A stretch of 63,896 bases of DNA, filler included, from Craspedostauros australis (Eukaryota), in NCBI GenBank assembly GCA_030167865.1. It is 16 parts of 16 records of this genome, joined end to end, with 100 filler letters (N's around TTAATTAATTAA, not from the genome) between each part and the next. Parts side by side here need not be neighbours in the genome. Positions count along the whole stretch, not along the records: positions 20,562 to 27,411 come from JALAGF010004924.1; positions 27,512 to 34,096 come from JALAGF010004925.1; positions 34,197 to 35,490 come from JALAGF010004926.1; 13 more parts are not named here. One strand, 5' to 3'. This document shows positions 23,501 through 35,590 of the stretch, in pieces. Position 1 is the first letter of the stretch; every line of letters starts with the position of its first letter. Below the pieces are notes generated by a model that saw nothing but the letters and a program-made list of their open reading frames with translations, searched no databases and was not told the origin of the DNA. The translations under genes were made by a program, and so were the position numbers.

Positions 23501-26056
23501 ACCGGTTGGTGCCGATCCGAGTCCTTGCACGAGGCCCTGCAGGTGGTTGCGGCGCTGTTTGCCCGAGTACGATGCTTCGGATGTTCCGGCCGCTGTGCGG
23601 ATTCTGTGTGTCATAGACTGGAGCGTGTTGAGTGTGCTGGCGATTGGCGGCGTGGGTACTCCCTGTCGTTGAAGGGCCAGGCTGAAGATGGAGTGGGCGA
23701 TGCGGTCGTAGCATCCTTTCGCGTCGTTCGAGCATACCGCATAGTGTTCGCCGGTGACTCTGTGGATGTCGTCGATTAGCACTGAGTTGAGCAAGACCTC
23801 TTGGGCCGTGTGGGCCTTTCTGCTGCCGTATTGTTCGGCTGCAATGGTGCCTTGTGTCTCAGCATGGGCGCGGGCTTGCTTGCCCAGGAGGCGATTATTC
23901 ATGTTGAAATCGCCCTCCATGAGTCCGATGGTCCGGGTCTTGGTGACGGAGAGATCTCCAGGCTTCTTACGGAGCTGGATGTCCACGCATTGTTGCCATC
24001 TCTTGAGGCTGTACCCTGTGCGATACGGGATCTCGCGCAGGATGGCATCGATGGTTGCCAGTGTTGTGTCGGTAGCATTCACTTTCCAACACCCAAAGTG
24101 GACTCCTGACGGCCCGGACGAGGTGCTCTCCTTGATCTTTGCCCATCCTCGGGAGTGGTCTGACGGACTAATCTGGAGTTGGCTGGGGTTCCACTCCGTG
24201 GCTGCCGCAGGTTGTTTGAGTGCCTGGAGGAGGTCCCGGGTGTTAGTCTCGATTTGAGTTGGGACGATGCCTTGGAGCACAGCAGTGGCTGCGGCGTTGG
24301 TGCTGTATCGCCCGAGCGAGTGTTTCAAGGGCCTTTGGCATACTTCCGCTCTCCATGCCTGGCTGTACTTGTCCACATTGTTGTTGCAGCATGCTTTGGC
24401 AACGTCTTCAACCTTCGTGAGGAGCTGGCTGTTTCCTCCGGGGCCGTTTCCTCCGGGGCCGTTGTCCACCACAATCGAGACTTGCGCGTCGGATCCATCC
24501 GCCTGTAGCGACCACTTGATGCGTCTGTATGTGGCCTTGGTCTCTTCGCGCTGGAGTATTTGCGCTCGGTATTTTGACGTGTCGCGCCCTGATCGAGTTT
24601 CTTCCTCTTCATCTCCCGCCAGGAACGTCCATCTGTGGTTGTCTGCGTTGCGTTTCTCTTGTTTGTATGCTTTCCATGCCGCGTTCTTGCGTTGCTGCAT
24701 TTCTACCGTCGTCATGCCCCTTGTGCGTACTGTCAACTTGGCCTTCTTTTTGGCTTTGTCGATGGTCCGTCCGTGGATCTGGTGTCCCTTTCGGCGTTTG
24801 ATGCTGAGGGTCCAAAACTGGTGCTCCCAGTGCAGCTTCGCCATTAGTGGGGAGAATGGCACATGTCCTGCACGCACTTTCCGGCACTTGCGTTCTGCTT
24901 GCAACATTGCTGTCACTCTGTCGTTGTCCAGAGCCTCCAGCTGCCGGGCCTGGTGCGGCGATATCGGGCCTGCTCCGATTTCGTCGTTGAGCGTCTGTGC
25001 CCGTTGTAGGAGTTGGAGTGCTTCTGCTTGGGTGGTGTAGGCTTGCTTGTATTTCCGCACTGTTGCTGGTTGGTTCATCTGGAGTCTGCGACCACGGAAC
25101 GGCGTTGTAGGCATTTTGGTGGGCCCAAAGAGGCTGACTTCGCCCACGTCCATCCATATCGTCCGGTGATCCCAGCTGCCGTAGGGTGTGGCGCCAAGTT
25201 GTGTCGGCCTGACATCGCTCGTGGTCCACATGCCGTCGATGGGGATGTTGCTCCTGTTTCTGATCATCGTAGCGTAGGGTTGTGTTATGGTCGTGGTGTG
25301 GTGTTCTTGGAGCCCTGTCGATGACATCATGTTGGCCATTTTGGACCTCCTGATATCCATGTTCACGTCTCCTCCGATGACGACTGACTCCCCTGCCTGT
25401 TTCCATTGCATTATTTGGGCGCTGAGGTCTTGGATGAGGAGGTCGATGGGGTCTAACGTGGGCTGTCGCTGCGCAGCTCGGACGGCTTGTTGGTTGTAGA
25501 CTGTGCCCGCGGTGTGCGTCGATTTGGTGGGGACGTAAATCGACACTGCGCGGACCTTAATGCCCTGCCTGCCTTGTAGGAGCACGCTCGCCCACCTTCC
25601 GCACTTTTCTGGGTCGTTGTCTCGGGCGAGGACTCTTCCTGCGATGTTTCCATGTACCACTATCGCCGTGCCACCCCATTGTCTCGGGCTGTGGTTCGTT
25701 GTGTGGCAGTGGGCCGCGCTCGTCTTCGTCATCTTCAGATGCTGGTCTGCTCTGCGGCTTAGGGTTGCCTCTGTGGATATTTGGCTCCAGTTGAGGCCGA
25801 CTTCTGTGAGCATGAGGATGTCTATCTTGTGTTGCTTGATTGTTTGCCATAGGTCGTCGTTCTTTGGATCTGTGGCGTCCGGTGGTATGCTGCCTACGTT
25901 GAGTGCAGCTATTCTGATTTGGGTGGTCGGTTTGTTGTCCGTCCGTTGCCCCAGGTGTTGTAGTTGGTCGTTCGAATCATCCGATCTCGAGCGTCCGGTG
26001 TTGTTGGGTCCGTCGCGGTTCGGGCTGGACTGTGCCCGCATGTGGCTGACTATCAT
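20561..26056 (-). CDS. LINE ORF2: AP endonuclease, reverse transcriptase, RNase H, zinc-finger-like motif
   Basis: APE: ALNVG, LTEVG, IGGDVN, IDGMW, WDH. RT: QYGSR, NDAKGCYDRI, GLVQG, YVDDT, YLG. RNase H: SDASAK, SELAG, IACDN, VQGHAD, LADKHA. Cys/His motif: CPRCGRSEDNSHIIMC. Confidence 0.92.
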
Positions 26057-27411
26057 GGTGACTGTCCTCCATTGGGCTGCGGAGGGTCGCCGTTGGGTTT
26101 GCCGAGTTCCCTTCTGAGTGCTTGGACCTGTGCGAGCAGCTGGGCTTCCCAGGATTGCTGTTGGCTGTACCTTGTGTCGGATCCTGTGCGGAGTATCCCT
26201 TCGGGGCTGGCAGAGTCGTGATGGGGAGCTCGTTCTGTCTGCTCGGTCTCCGTCTGTTGGTTGTCGGTCTCCTGCCTGGGAGCTGCTGTGTACGCTGAGT
26301 CGATTGACCGATTGGTTGTGCCAATTGTCGAGTTTGGGTTGAAGATGCTTCTGTTGTCGAGAGCTGCCGGTCGGTGGGTGGTGGGCATCATGTCAGGGAT
26401 GTTGGTGATAATCACACTGGCGGGGAATTCTTCGTCGGCGATGTCTTCGAGGTTGTGGACGTCTGGAGATGTGTAATCGTTTGTGGCCGGGTCGTGCACG
26501 ATGTTGAGGCTGGCGATCCACACCTCCGGACTGAACCATTTCTCGGCCTTCTCCCCCACTTTGTGACGTGCGATTGCTGGCAGCAGGCTCATGGAATGCT
26601 TGGCTTCCTCTTGATATTCGGGAAAAGAGTGTGCCACTACTTGGTCATCGGTGCCTCTTGCGCGGTCCACGCTGTGAAAGATTCGCTTGCCTTTGTCGTT
26701 GGTCTCTCTGAGGATTAGCTTTCTGAGTGTGATGGACTTGTTGTCGCGACCTTTGACCTTTTTGTCGAGGTGGATCACACCATCGGCGTCGGAATATTCG
26801 ATCACTGACAGTATGGCTTGGTGTTTGGCCACCAGTCCCTCTCTGAATTCGGCCTTTTTCCGTGACATCTGCTCGTATTTTTTGTCGGGCAGGAATCTGA
26901 AGTTGGTGGCTCCTGGGCGTTCTTCTCTGGTGTTGAACAGGTTGGCGACCGCGGTGACTGCATTGTATGCTTGCGACCGCTCGACTTCGAGTTTGACCGC
27001 CCTCCATGGTTGCACCGTCCAGTGCCTCTTGCCTTCTCTGTACTTCTCTCTGGTTTCTGTGCTGACCTGAACGATGTTCTTGATCTTGCCTCCCACTCGG
27101 ACTTCGCTGTTGTTGCGGCGGAGGTTCCTGTTGATGATGTCAACCGTGCCGTCGACGTCGGTGAAGCCTCCGGAGTACAGCAGGAATCCGATTTCTTTGA
27201 CTTCCTCTGCGTCCTGGAGTTGAGCTTCGTATAACCCCTCGTGCTCGTTGTAGTAGTAGGCGTTGAGTTCTGAGTTCCTGTCGGCCGTGATGTCAAATGG
27301 GTTCTCTCTGGTAGTGATGCGCACTTTGGCGTAGGTGATTCCTGTTGCTCCTGAAGGGGCTCGAAGTCCAGGGAAGAAGGTTCGGAGTTCGTCCATCCTT
27401 TCTGGGATCTG
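26053..27411 (-). CDS. LINE ORF1 (5' truncated)
   Basis: Open frame of more than 447 aa directly upstream of ORF2. Its TGA overlaps the ORF2 ATG (ATGA). Confidence 0.75.
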   Translation of the reverse strand, partial: QIPERMDELRTFFPGLRAPSGATGITYAKVRITTRENPFDITADRNSELNAYYYNEHEGLYEAQLQDAEEVKEIGFLLYSGGFTDVDGTVDIINRNLRRNNSEVRVGGKIKNIVQVSTETREKYREGKRHWTVQPWRAVKLEVERSQAYNAVTAVANLFNTREERPGATNFRFLPDKKYEQMSRKKAEFREGLVAKHQAILSVIEYSDADGVIHLDKKVKGRDNKSITLRKLILRETNDKGKRIFHSVDRARGTDDQVVAHSFPEYQEEAKHSMSLLPAIARHKVGEKAEKWFSPEVWIASLNIVHDPATNDYTSPDVHNLEDIADEEFPASVIITNIPDMMPTTHRPAALDNRSIFNPNSTIGTTNRSIDSAYTAAPRQETDNQQTETEQTERAPHHDSASPEGILRTGSDTRYSQQQSWEAQLLAQVQALRRELGKPNGDPPQPNGGQSP

Positions 27412-27511
27412 NNNNNNNNNNNNNNNNNNNNNNNNNNNNNNNNNNNNNNNNNNNNTTAATTAATTAANNNNNNNNNNNNNNNNNNNNNNNNNNNNNNNNN
27501 NNNNNNNNNNN

Positions 27512-27733
27512 AGAGCACATAGTTCCCAAGGTGTCTTGATCCCATTGACTTCGGATAGTGTTTGAGTCAGTGGTGATTCATGAATGAGTGTGGGAAATGG
27601 AGGGAAAAGAGTGATTGTTCCGTATTTGTTGGTGGGAGGTTTCGCGCCAAAATTTCGCGCCAAAATAATTTCAAGGTGCGACAAGGAACACACTGAGTGA
27701 AAAAGTAGTCCGTTCTTTAGATGAACTTCAACT
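27512..27733 (-). repeat. 3' LTR of family B (starts AGTTGAAG right after the PPT)
   Basis: Immediately follows the purine tract and is shared with 7306-7478. Confidence 0.8.
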
Positions 27734-27812
27734 CTCCCTCTCAGTGTTGAGTCGCAGTGAGATCNTGACATCGGTGAAAACTTCATCCGTNGTTNATGTA
27801 NGAATGCCTCTC

Positions 27813-29339
27813 TTACCATCCCATGATTTGGAATCGCAAGTACTGGAAGGTCTGGACGATTGATCCCTTGGTGAAGACATCGGCCAGCTGCTCGCCTGTT
27901 GGGATGTGGTGCACACAGATGAACCCAGCCTTGACCCAATACCAGAAGAAGTGCCACTTGGTGAGGAAGTGTTTAGTTCGAGCAGTGGGTTGGTGACTGG
28001 TGGCGAGTGAGATGCATGCTTCATTGTCTTCGAACACGGTGCACTGGAGGTTTGTGTGTAAAGTCATGTCTGTGCCAGCGTTGTCGATGACCTGGCGGAT
28101 GAGTTGTTGAATCGGGATGAGAGTACGCATTGCGAGGGAAAGCGCAGCATACTCAGCCTCCATTGTTGAGAGCGCGATCTCCGTTTGAAGCTTGGACTTC
28201 CAGATGAGCGGACATCCTCCGAGCTTGATGAGGTATCCGGTACGCGACTTGACCGCCGTGCGGTCCTGGTCAGGCTCTTGTCTGTATAGTCCTGCGAAGT
28301 CGGAGTCAACGAAGCACGTGAGGTCCAATTGTCCAGTGGGGCGTATGATGGTGCCCTTGTCCTGCATAGTCTTCAAGTATCGCATAATTCGCTTAATCGC
28401 TTTTGCGTGCGAGCGGCGAGGGTCGCTTCCAAAGCGAGCGACTTGGGAGACGGCGAACGCGAGGTCTGGACGAGTGTTGGTAGTTAAGTAGAGTAGCATG
28501 CCCACCACAGAGCGGTAGTTCCAATTTTCATCCATGGGTGGTTCATGCGCGTTCCTGCCGAGTGCGGTTTGGGCCGCGGGTGTGTCAGCTCTGCCGCAAT
28601 CCGTCATGCCTGTCGCCGCGAGCACCTTTTGAATGAGCCCTGGCTGCCGCAAGTGGATGTAGTTGGCCTGTGGGTCACGGTTGACTTCGATACCGAGGAA
28701 CTCGTTGAAGCTTCCTTCTTGGGTGAGTTCGAATCCTCGATTTCGCATGGAGCGGATGAAGTTGTCTGCAAATTTCTTGGTCTTGGATGCGATGCCGGCG
28801 TCATCGACGTAGAGGACTATCATGATGCCTTCGCGGATGAAGAGGCACTGCTCCTGATCGCAGGCCGTAAATCCTTTGGCAAGGAGAGCTCGAATGAGGT
28901 GTTCGTACCACAGGCGAGGGGCGATTGTTAGGCCGTATAGACTCTTTCTGAGGACAAGGCAGGTGTTCGATCCCTTGCTTGACTTGAATCCTTGTGGTAG
29001 ATGGAGAAACACTGGCTTGTGGATCTCTGCTTGGACGAAGGCGTTGGTGAAGTTGATGGATGTCGTGACCCATCCCAGGACGATGGATGTGATTAGGAAG
29101 ATGCGGACGGAGGACCATGCCACGACTGGCGCATAAGTTGAAGCATCTTCGAGGATGAGATCGCCGCGGCAGCACCATCGACCCTTGTACTTTTTGATTG
29201 TTCCATCGGGGAGGCGCTTGCGGTGAAAGACCCACGTTCCTGGGTAGATCTTCTCTCCATAAGGCACAGTGCTCTTGTCGACTTCCTCCCATGTACCCTT
29301 CTCAGTGAGGTCTTGGATCTCTTTGTTCGCCGCTTGCAT
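27813..29339 (-). CDS. Copia reverse transcriptase/RNase H
   Basis: KYKGRWCCRGD, TYAPV, KSLYGL, LYVDD, TRPDL and IALSTMEAEY. Confidence 0.92.
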   Translation of the reverse strand: MQAANKEIQDLTEKGTWEEVDKSTVPYGEKIYPGTWVFHRKRLPDGTIKKYKGRWCCRGDLILEDASTYAPVVAWSSVRIFLITSIVLGWVTTSINFTNAFVQAEIHKPVFLHLPQGFKSSKGSNTCLVLRKSLYGLTIAPRLWYEHLIRALLAKGFTACDQEQCLFIREGIMIVLYVDDAGIASKTKKFADNFIRSMRNRGFELTQEGSFNEFLGIEVNRDPQANYIHLRQPGLIQKVLAATGMTDCGRADTPAAQTALGRNAHEPPMDENWNYRSVVGMLLYLTTNTRPDLAFAVSQVARFGSDPRRSHAKAIKRIMRYLKTMQDKGTIIRPTGQLDLTCFVDSDFAGLYRQEPDQDRTAVKSRTGYLIKLGGCPLIWKSKLQTEIALSTMEAEYAALSLAMRTLIPIQQLIRQVIDNAGTDMTLHTNLQCTVFEDNEACISLATSHQPTARTKHFLTKWHFFWYWVKAGFICVHHIPTGEQLADVFTKGSIVQTFQYLRFQIMGW

Positions 29340-32300
29340 CCATGCGTCTCTATTGTCATCGCGGATGGCCTCATCGAAGGTGAGTGTGTCTGGGTCGGAG
29401 ATCGAAGCCTTGTACGCTGCCGTTCATTCAGAGATGTCGAGGTCGGCGCCTGTAGCGAAGTAGCTCATGAGCTGCCAGTCAACATAAGCTGGGAAGTTGG
29501 TGGCATCTGGCTGTGGCTCAATGATGTTCACGGAGTATGCGTGTTGTTCGATGTTGGCCCAATCCTTCTGTGGGATGCAGTTGTTGGTGTCAAGAATGTA
29601 GCTCGGGTCAACTGTTAGGGTGCTTTGGAGGATGGCTTGATAGTCAGTCTCGCGCGTGTTGGGTACGTGATGGACCGGCTCGGTGCCTCCTTCTTGTACT
29701 CCGAAGTTGAATTGCTGAACTTCGAACTTGCTGGGTTGCTGCCATGGTCCTGGGCGAATGGTGCTGGTGTGCTGTCGCAGGGACTCGAACGCCAAGCGGT
29801 AGTTGTGGCTCTGTCCGATTGCATTCCAGATGGAGAGGAACTTTGCCTTGAACATTGTTGCTCCGAGTCCGCATTCTGGAGGGGTGTGTCCTTCGTTCAT
29901 TAGCGTTTCGATGTCGTCGGATTCGGATGGATCACGAAGAGAACTTGCTGCGAAGTCGAGCGCATCGAAGTGTGGGGTCATGATTCCTGTGAGCATGTAT
30001 TTGCTCATGATCTCGAGGAACTTGCGTACAGCATAGGCTGTCACTTCGTTCTGTTGTTCCTCGAAGAGGAATTCGCACTCGCGATCCTCCATGATGTGGA
30101 GCTCCATGTCCAGGAAGAAGTCTTCGTATAGATCTGTTACGTTGAATGGGGCGTCCTCCGTCATGTCTGATGGTTCCGGTTGCCACCAATCGACCATGTT
30201 CGCTTGAAACTCCTCAGGCTCCATTCTTGGTAGGTCGTTGACTGAAGCTTGTGGATTGAGAGTTCGGTAGCGTTGGCGAAGTTGGCGCAACAAGTATAGT
30301 GAGTTGACCTTGAAATCGTGGAGGTAGATAGAGAGAGGGTCACTGCCGTTTCGTTGCAGAAACTCAATTGTGTTCAGACAATCGATGACAGCTCGTGAGA
30401 ATACGTGAATTGGATACGAGTCTGGATGTATGTCAGATGTGGCGTCGTCTGATTCAATTTCTTCTTCAGCAGCCGTCGCAACACAAAGGAGGTACTCATC
30501 ACAATCGTCGTCTTCAAGCCATGCTGCCTTGCCTCCAAGGCGTCCATAGGTGAATCGCCGTGGCTCTTTGCGAATCCTGGTGCTCCGTTCTCGTTTGGGT
30601 GTAATCGTGGACGATGGTGGAATTGGTGATGAGGTTGTAGTCTCTGTCGTAGTCTCTGGTACATTTGTTGTTGGTATAGAGGACACAGGTTGAAGTGATG
30701 GTTGAGCTGACTGATCTTTCTTCAGCGGATCAGGGAGCTGGTCAGAAGGTTCCCATTGCAGTTCTTGTGAAGCGGGGCGCTCTTGGAGTTCCTCGTCTTC
30801 ACTTGCCGTAGGGGGATAGTTGAAATCTCCCTCTGTCGAAGACAGTGGTTGATTCACTCCCTCTGAAGTTGACATTGGAGGGGCGAGGTCATCATTGATG
30901 AAACCTGCGTCCGTTTGCATCATTGGTTTCTGCTTTGGAGCAGGTAGCGATGGTACCTCTGCGCCTCGATCGTCAGCGGATGGAAAGGGTATGTGAGGCG
31001 AAGTTGGAATGTTTGGGTCGATCGCATCGTTTCGCTTCAATCGACTATGGTCTATGAGGTCGGAGTTGAGGGTTTCTTCCTGCTCCATAGCCTCTATGTC
31101 GTCGTCATCAAATGGATACTGAAAGGTTGTATCACCAAACATACGTGTCCATTCTTCTGATTGGTAGTTCGGCAGGTGTTTGGGATCAGTTGCTATAGTA
31201 GCAAACCAATCGTCGAACACCACATGGAATTGAGGTGTGATGGATCCTGTTCGTGGTGAGAGAACCAAAGGCACTGTAGAAGCGTGCTTTGTAGAGAGAC
31301 CTACGTTGACGTATCGCTCTCCTCTTGGTTCCCATCGAGGTATCTTGCGTCCATCTGCGAGTGCTTTGTTGAGCACATACACAGGGCTGCCCCACACGTG
31401 TAGATTGTGGAGCTGTTTGAGTGGAAGTCGGACACGAGAGAGAACATCGTATGGGGTTAGTCCTGTTGCTGGATTGGGCACACGGTTGTAAATGTAAGCT
31501 GCGTGTACCACTGCCATAGGCCATAGCTGTGCATCAAACATGTCAGGCCAATGAATACTTTGGTGCATCATCATTGTTCAGGCCATCGACACGATGGTGC
31601 GGATGCTTCGCTCTGCTATGCCATTGTGATGGTGGGCTCCGACTCCGGCGAATTGATGGACTTGATGGAAGGCTTCGAGGTGTCGAGTGTATTCGGGTGA
31701 AGTGAAGGTGGTTGCGTTGTCTGATAGGTAAGAGCGCACGGGCACGCCGACATCGCGAAACATTAGCTCAAATCGTTCCTTGGCTTCTAGAGTAGCGTGT
31801 GTAGTCAGTGCTGCTACTGGTTCCACGTGAATGTAGCTTGATGCGTGGTCAACGAAGATAGCTCCGCCCTTATACATATCAATTGGGTCTCCTTTTCCTC
31901 TTCCTGTGAAGAGGCGGCCTGGTGTTCGTCCGACGAAGTGGTCCACTGACACTTGTTGGCCTGGGAACAGGTGGTCGGTCCGCAATACACCTTGTTTGTC
32001 ACGCACGACATGTTGAGTTATACCTGGCGAAGGGCACCGGTGCAACTTTCCAAACTGACATGCGGCACAAAGAGGGAGGTCGGTGACTTTGGCGGCTGCG
32101 GTGTGCATTTTTCGGGATGCTTCGGACCCTGTGAGAACACCTGAACGTAGAAGGAATTTCACTCTGTTGAAGGATAAGTGCCCGAGGCGGTAATGCCAAC
32201 GGAGAAGCTCCTTTTGTGGTTGAGTGAGATTGACGTTGTGGTCTGACACGGTTGACACAATTGACGAGAGTGCTGTGAGTAGGTCGTGGATGTTGTCCGA

Positions 32301-34018
32301 GTTGTAGCCAACTGAAGTTGGTAGTTTCGTTGACTTCTTGTAGTTGGCGACAACAGCGCTGCGACCCTCGTGCCCGTCCAATCCGCTCAATTTGCATGAA
32401 GAATTGTCAAAGACGATTGTTTCTCCAGGGTATTCTTTGAGGAGACTCGAAGTGCTGATGAGCTTCACTTTGGACAAGGGTACATAGAAGGCGGGCAGTC
32501 GTAGCTTGCGTGGGCTTCCACGCACGTCGAGCACATGCCATTCCACTGTCCCCAACGCATTCACTTGGATTTTCTTGAGGAATCCACTCAGAAAGGTTGG
32601 TTTTGGTGGAAGGCTTGGAGTAGTGCAGAAGTCATCGAGATCGTTCGTGACAGATATAGAGGCTCCACTGTCCCACACCAATTCGAATGGAGCGTTGGGA
32701 GAGAGACAGTTTTCTGCCTTCTGTGGAGATGCAAAAGCGTGACGATTAGTAAAGAAGGAGGCGAGGCCTTGCAGAGAAAGAAGTGCAGGAGCGTCAGTAT
32801 CACTGGGTTGAGTTTGACTTTTGCCGCAAGCCAAGTCAATACCGAGCTTGGGGTAGATGTTCCAGAGATTTCGTGAGAGGGTTGATGTGCGACTTCGTGT
32901 ACGTGTGATTGGATTTTGCGAATTGTTTTGTTTCGCGCCATATTTGGAGTACTCCAACGGTGTTTTGGGCTTATTCCAATGGTGACGTTTTTGGTTGCGC
33001 TTGCGAGTTTTGGTCCGAGCAGGGCGATGTTTTGATTGCGCGTTCCATGGCGGACTAGTATTGAGGGCTCGCATTGACACAGGATCAGTTGTTTTACTGT
33101 TCTCTGTCATCACATCGTAGAGAGTGCGCTTCACAGGTTCATTGAAGTAGATGGGGCGGCGGATGTTGCTCTTGGACTTGGTTCGAGACATTGCTTGGAT
33201 GGTGTCGACAGCTCTGATGGGGCTGTGTCTTCGTGGAACGTTTGAGTGAAGGAGGAGCAGCGTGATGGCGATTATCATCCAGGCGTTAGTAGCTGTGACG
33301 TACCACCCGTGCTCGACTCCAAGTGTGTAGACTTGGATGCTCACGAAAGAAAGAATTGATCCGATCACACAGCTGAGGTGGTTGAAGGAGGTGAAGAGGT
33401 TCCACACAAACGACCACCATTCCTTTTCGTCTTGGCTAGTGGTGGCTGTGAAGCAGGTCCAAGCGGCCATGTCGACGACGAGGTGGTCAGGCTTGGCGTT
33501 GTTGTTGCCTTTACCTTTTGGCTTGAAGTTGTCTTGATGGCTCTCGGTGTTATGCGAAAGACGCCAACGACGACACTTCGCGCACCACATGAACGTCTTG
33601 TCGTAGACAAGCTTGCGCTGTGGTTCACCCGCTTTGGGTGGCGTGGATGCCCAACCTTGGTTCGGTTTTCGATTGCCGTTGTTGTTGTTGTTGGGCTTCC
33701 TTGGTTGATTCTTCTTCTTCGCGTTGTTCCTTCCGAAACCCTTGTGTTGCTCAAGGATGTTGGCCTTTGGATGCTTGGCCACGTTGTTGAAGTACGATTG
33801 CCTGGGGACGTTGCGGTCCTTCACGCGTCTAATGGCGTGCCAACGATCTCCACGTACTTCGTTGTCGTACGAAGCCTGCGCTTTGTTGCAGATTGCCATC
33901 CAGGTGAGGTCATTGGCTGCGAGCTTTGGAAGAGCTTCTTGGTACGTGAATATGGGGAGACGCTTGAGGATTGTCTCAAGATCATCCTTCATCACATAAA
34001 GAGGACGGCGGTATTGTT

Positions 34019-34096
34019 TGTCGAGATGTACATGTGAGTATATGTCAAGATGTACGTGTATATGTGCATCGTTCACCCGTTATTCTCTCATACGCA
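34019..34096 (+). mobile_element. Start of the TGTCGAGATG LTR inserted into the family B gag
   Basis: Reverse complement of 2227-2308 and 55246-55328. Confidence 0.85.
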
Positions 34097-34196
34097 NNNN
34101 NNNNNNNNNNNNNNNNNNNNNNNNNNNNNNNNNNNNNNNNTTAATTAATTAANNNNNNNNNNNNNNNNNNNNNNNNNNNNNNNNNNNNNNNNNNNN

Positions 34197-35490
34197 TCGA
34201 ACGTTGTAGGTTCGATGTGCTTCTCTGGTTCCTTGTTCTCGTCCTGCATCGACAGTCCGATGTCGATCGCTGGTGATTCGATGATGATTGCATTCATTCC
34301 GTACAGTCCTGTTGTGCTGTGATGAGTGATCTCGATCTCTTCATCTTCGTCTTCGATTTCCTCATCATCTGTAGTTTCGTTGTTGGAGTCGTCGATCATC
34401 TCGTCGCTGAGTTCGTCACTCGCCTCATTGGATGATGAATCGCTCTCATAGCCTTCTTCCTTTCGACCTNNNNNNNNNNNNNNNNNNNNNNNNNNNNNNN
34501 NNNNNNNNNNNNNNNNNNNNNNNNNNNNNNNNNNNNNNNNNNNNNNNNNNNNNNNNNNNNNNNNNNNNNNNNGGATCCTCTCCTTTCTAGCTATGTCACG
34601 CTTGCTTGGTTTGCTTGGTGGAGATCTGGATGGTGTGTCATGTGTAGACCTCGCTGGTGTATTCGGAGGAGTAACATCTGTCTCGTCATCGGCTTCGTCG
34701 CCGGAGGGTAGGATTTCGTCATCCTCATGATTGGATTCGCTCCGATCTTCCTCGTCATTCTGGATTAGTTGAGTTACTGCTCCGTCGTCCTCATTATCCT
34801 CATCATCGCTGTCTGATAGGATGTAGTATCTATTGCTGTCAGCGAAAGATACTCTCTTCGCTTCCGATGCTTGACGCGTTGCCGTCCTTGGCGTTGCTCC
34901 CTTCCGTCCAATGGTTGTGAAGCCGTCTGCGTCTGTTGTTCCTGTTTCGTTGGATATGTTCGGTGCTGGTGCCCAGCCACGGAACTGTCCGTACGATTGG
35001 TTGAGCCACTTGATATCGCGTGAGCAGATGAGTGACTTGGTCGATGGTCTGTACATGTTGTAGACCCCTGATGCGTGTTGGTGTGCATATCCGATGAATA
35101 CCATCTCTTCTCCTCTGTTCTTGAGTTTAGCGGTAATCCCGCCGTAGGTAGTCTTCACAACACCCACCTCTCCAAACGTGCGGAGCGCGTCCGCATATGG
35201 TGGATCGTTGCCAAAGAATTGTCGATGTGGTGACTCCTTCTGGTTCTTCGCTACAGTGATGTTGGCGATGGCGGTGGCAGTGCTAGCAGCNGCTGCCCAC
35301 AGGCCATGCCTATACTCTTCGTCGAGCTGTGCTCCGTTGAGCATGGAGCGGATCTTGGTGTAGAGGTACGCGAACTTGCGTTCTACTCTGCCATTCTGTT
35401 GCGGCATGTTCGATGCCGTGTATTCGAATTTCACGTTGAGTCCTGCATCGATGAGAATATCCTGCGTGGACTTGTTCTCTCCGCTGTTGT
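34197..35490 (-). mobile_element. Copia family A fragment: integrase C-terminus and IN-RT linker
   Basis: PQQNGRVERKFAYLYTKIRSML and MVFIGYA. Highly similar to 2309-3070 and 11530-12760. Confidence 0.9.
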
Positions 35491-35590
35491 NNNNNNNNNN
35501 NNNNNNNNNNNNNNNNNNNNNNNNNNNNNNNNNNTTAATTAATTAANNNNNNNNNNNNNNNNNNNNNNNNNNNNNNNNNNNNNNNNNNNN

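Larger units (their letters stand above)
20561..27411 (-). mobile_element. Non-LTR retrotransposon with RNase H (Ambal/L1-like), both ends cut by contig limits
   Basis: Two long uninterrupted ORFs, with ORF2 in the order APE-RT-RNase H-Cys/His. Confidence 0.9.
27512..34018 (-). mobile_element. Ty1/copia element family B (diatom CoDi-like), 5' end lost to a nested LTR and the contig break
   Basis: gag WCAKCRRWRLSH, protease VWDSGAS, WHYRLGH...CAAC, integrase VDHF/SDN/NGIAER, RT LYVDD, RNase H FVDSDFAG/MEAEY/FEDN/LADVFTK, polypurine tract GAGAGGGAG (27734-27742) and 3' LTR at 27512-27733. Stops at 31578 and 29424. Confidence 0.93.

Noticed and set aside
34019..34076. Shared N-terminal peptide MNDAHIxVHLDIYSHVHLD on three ORFs (2251, 34076, 55271)
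   Set aside because: It is the antisense translation of an inserted LTR end that happens to be in frame, not a protein domain.
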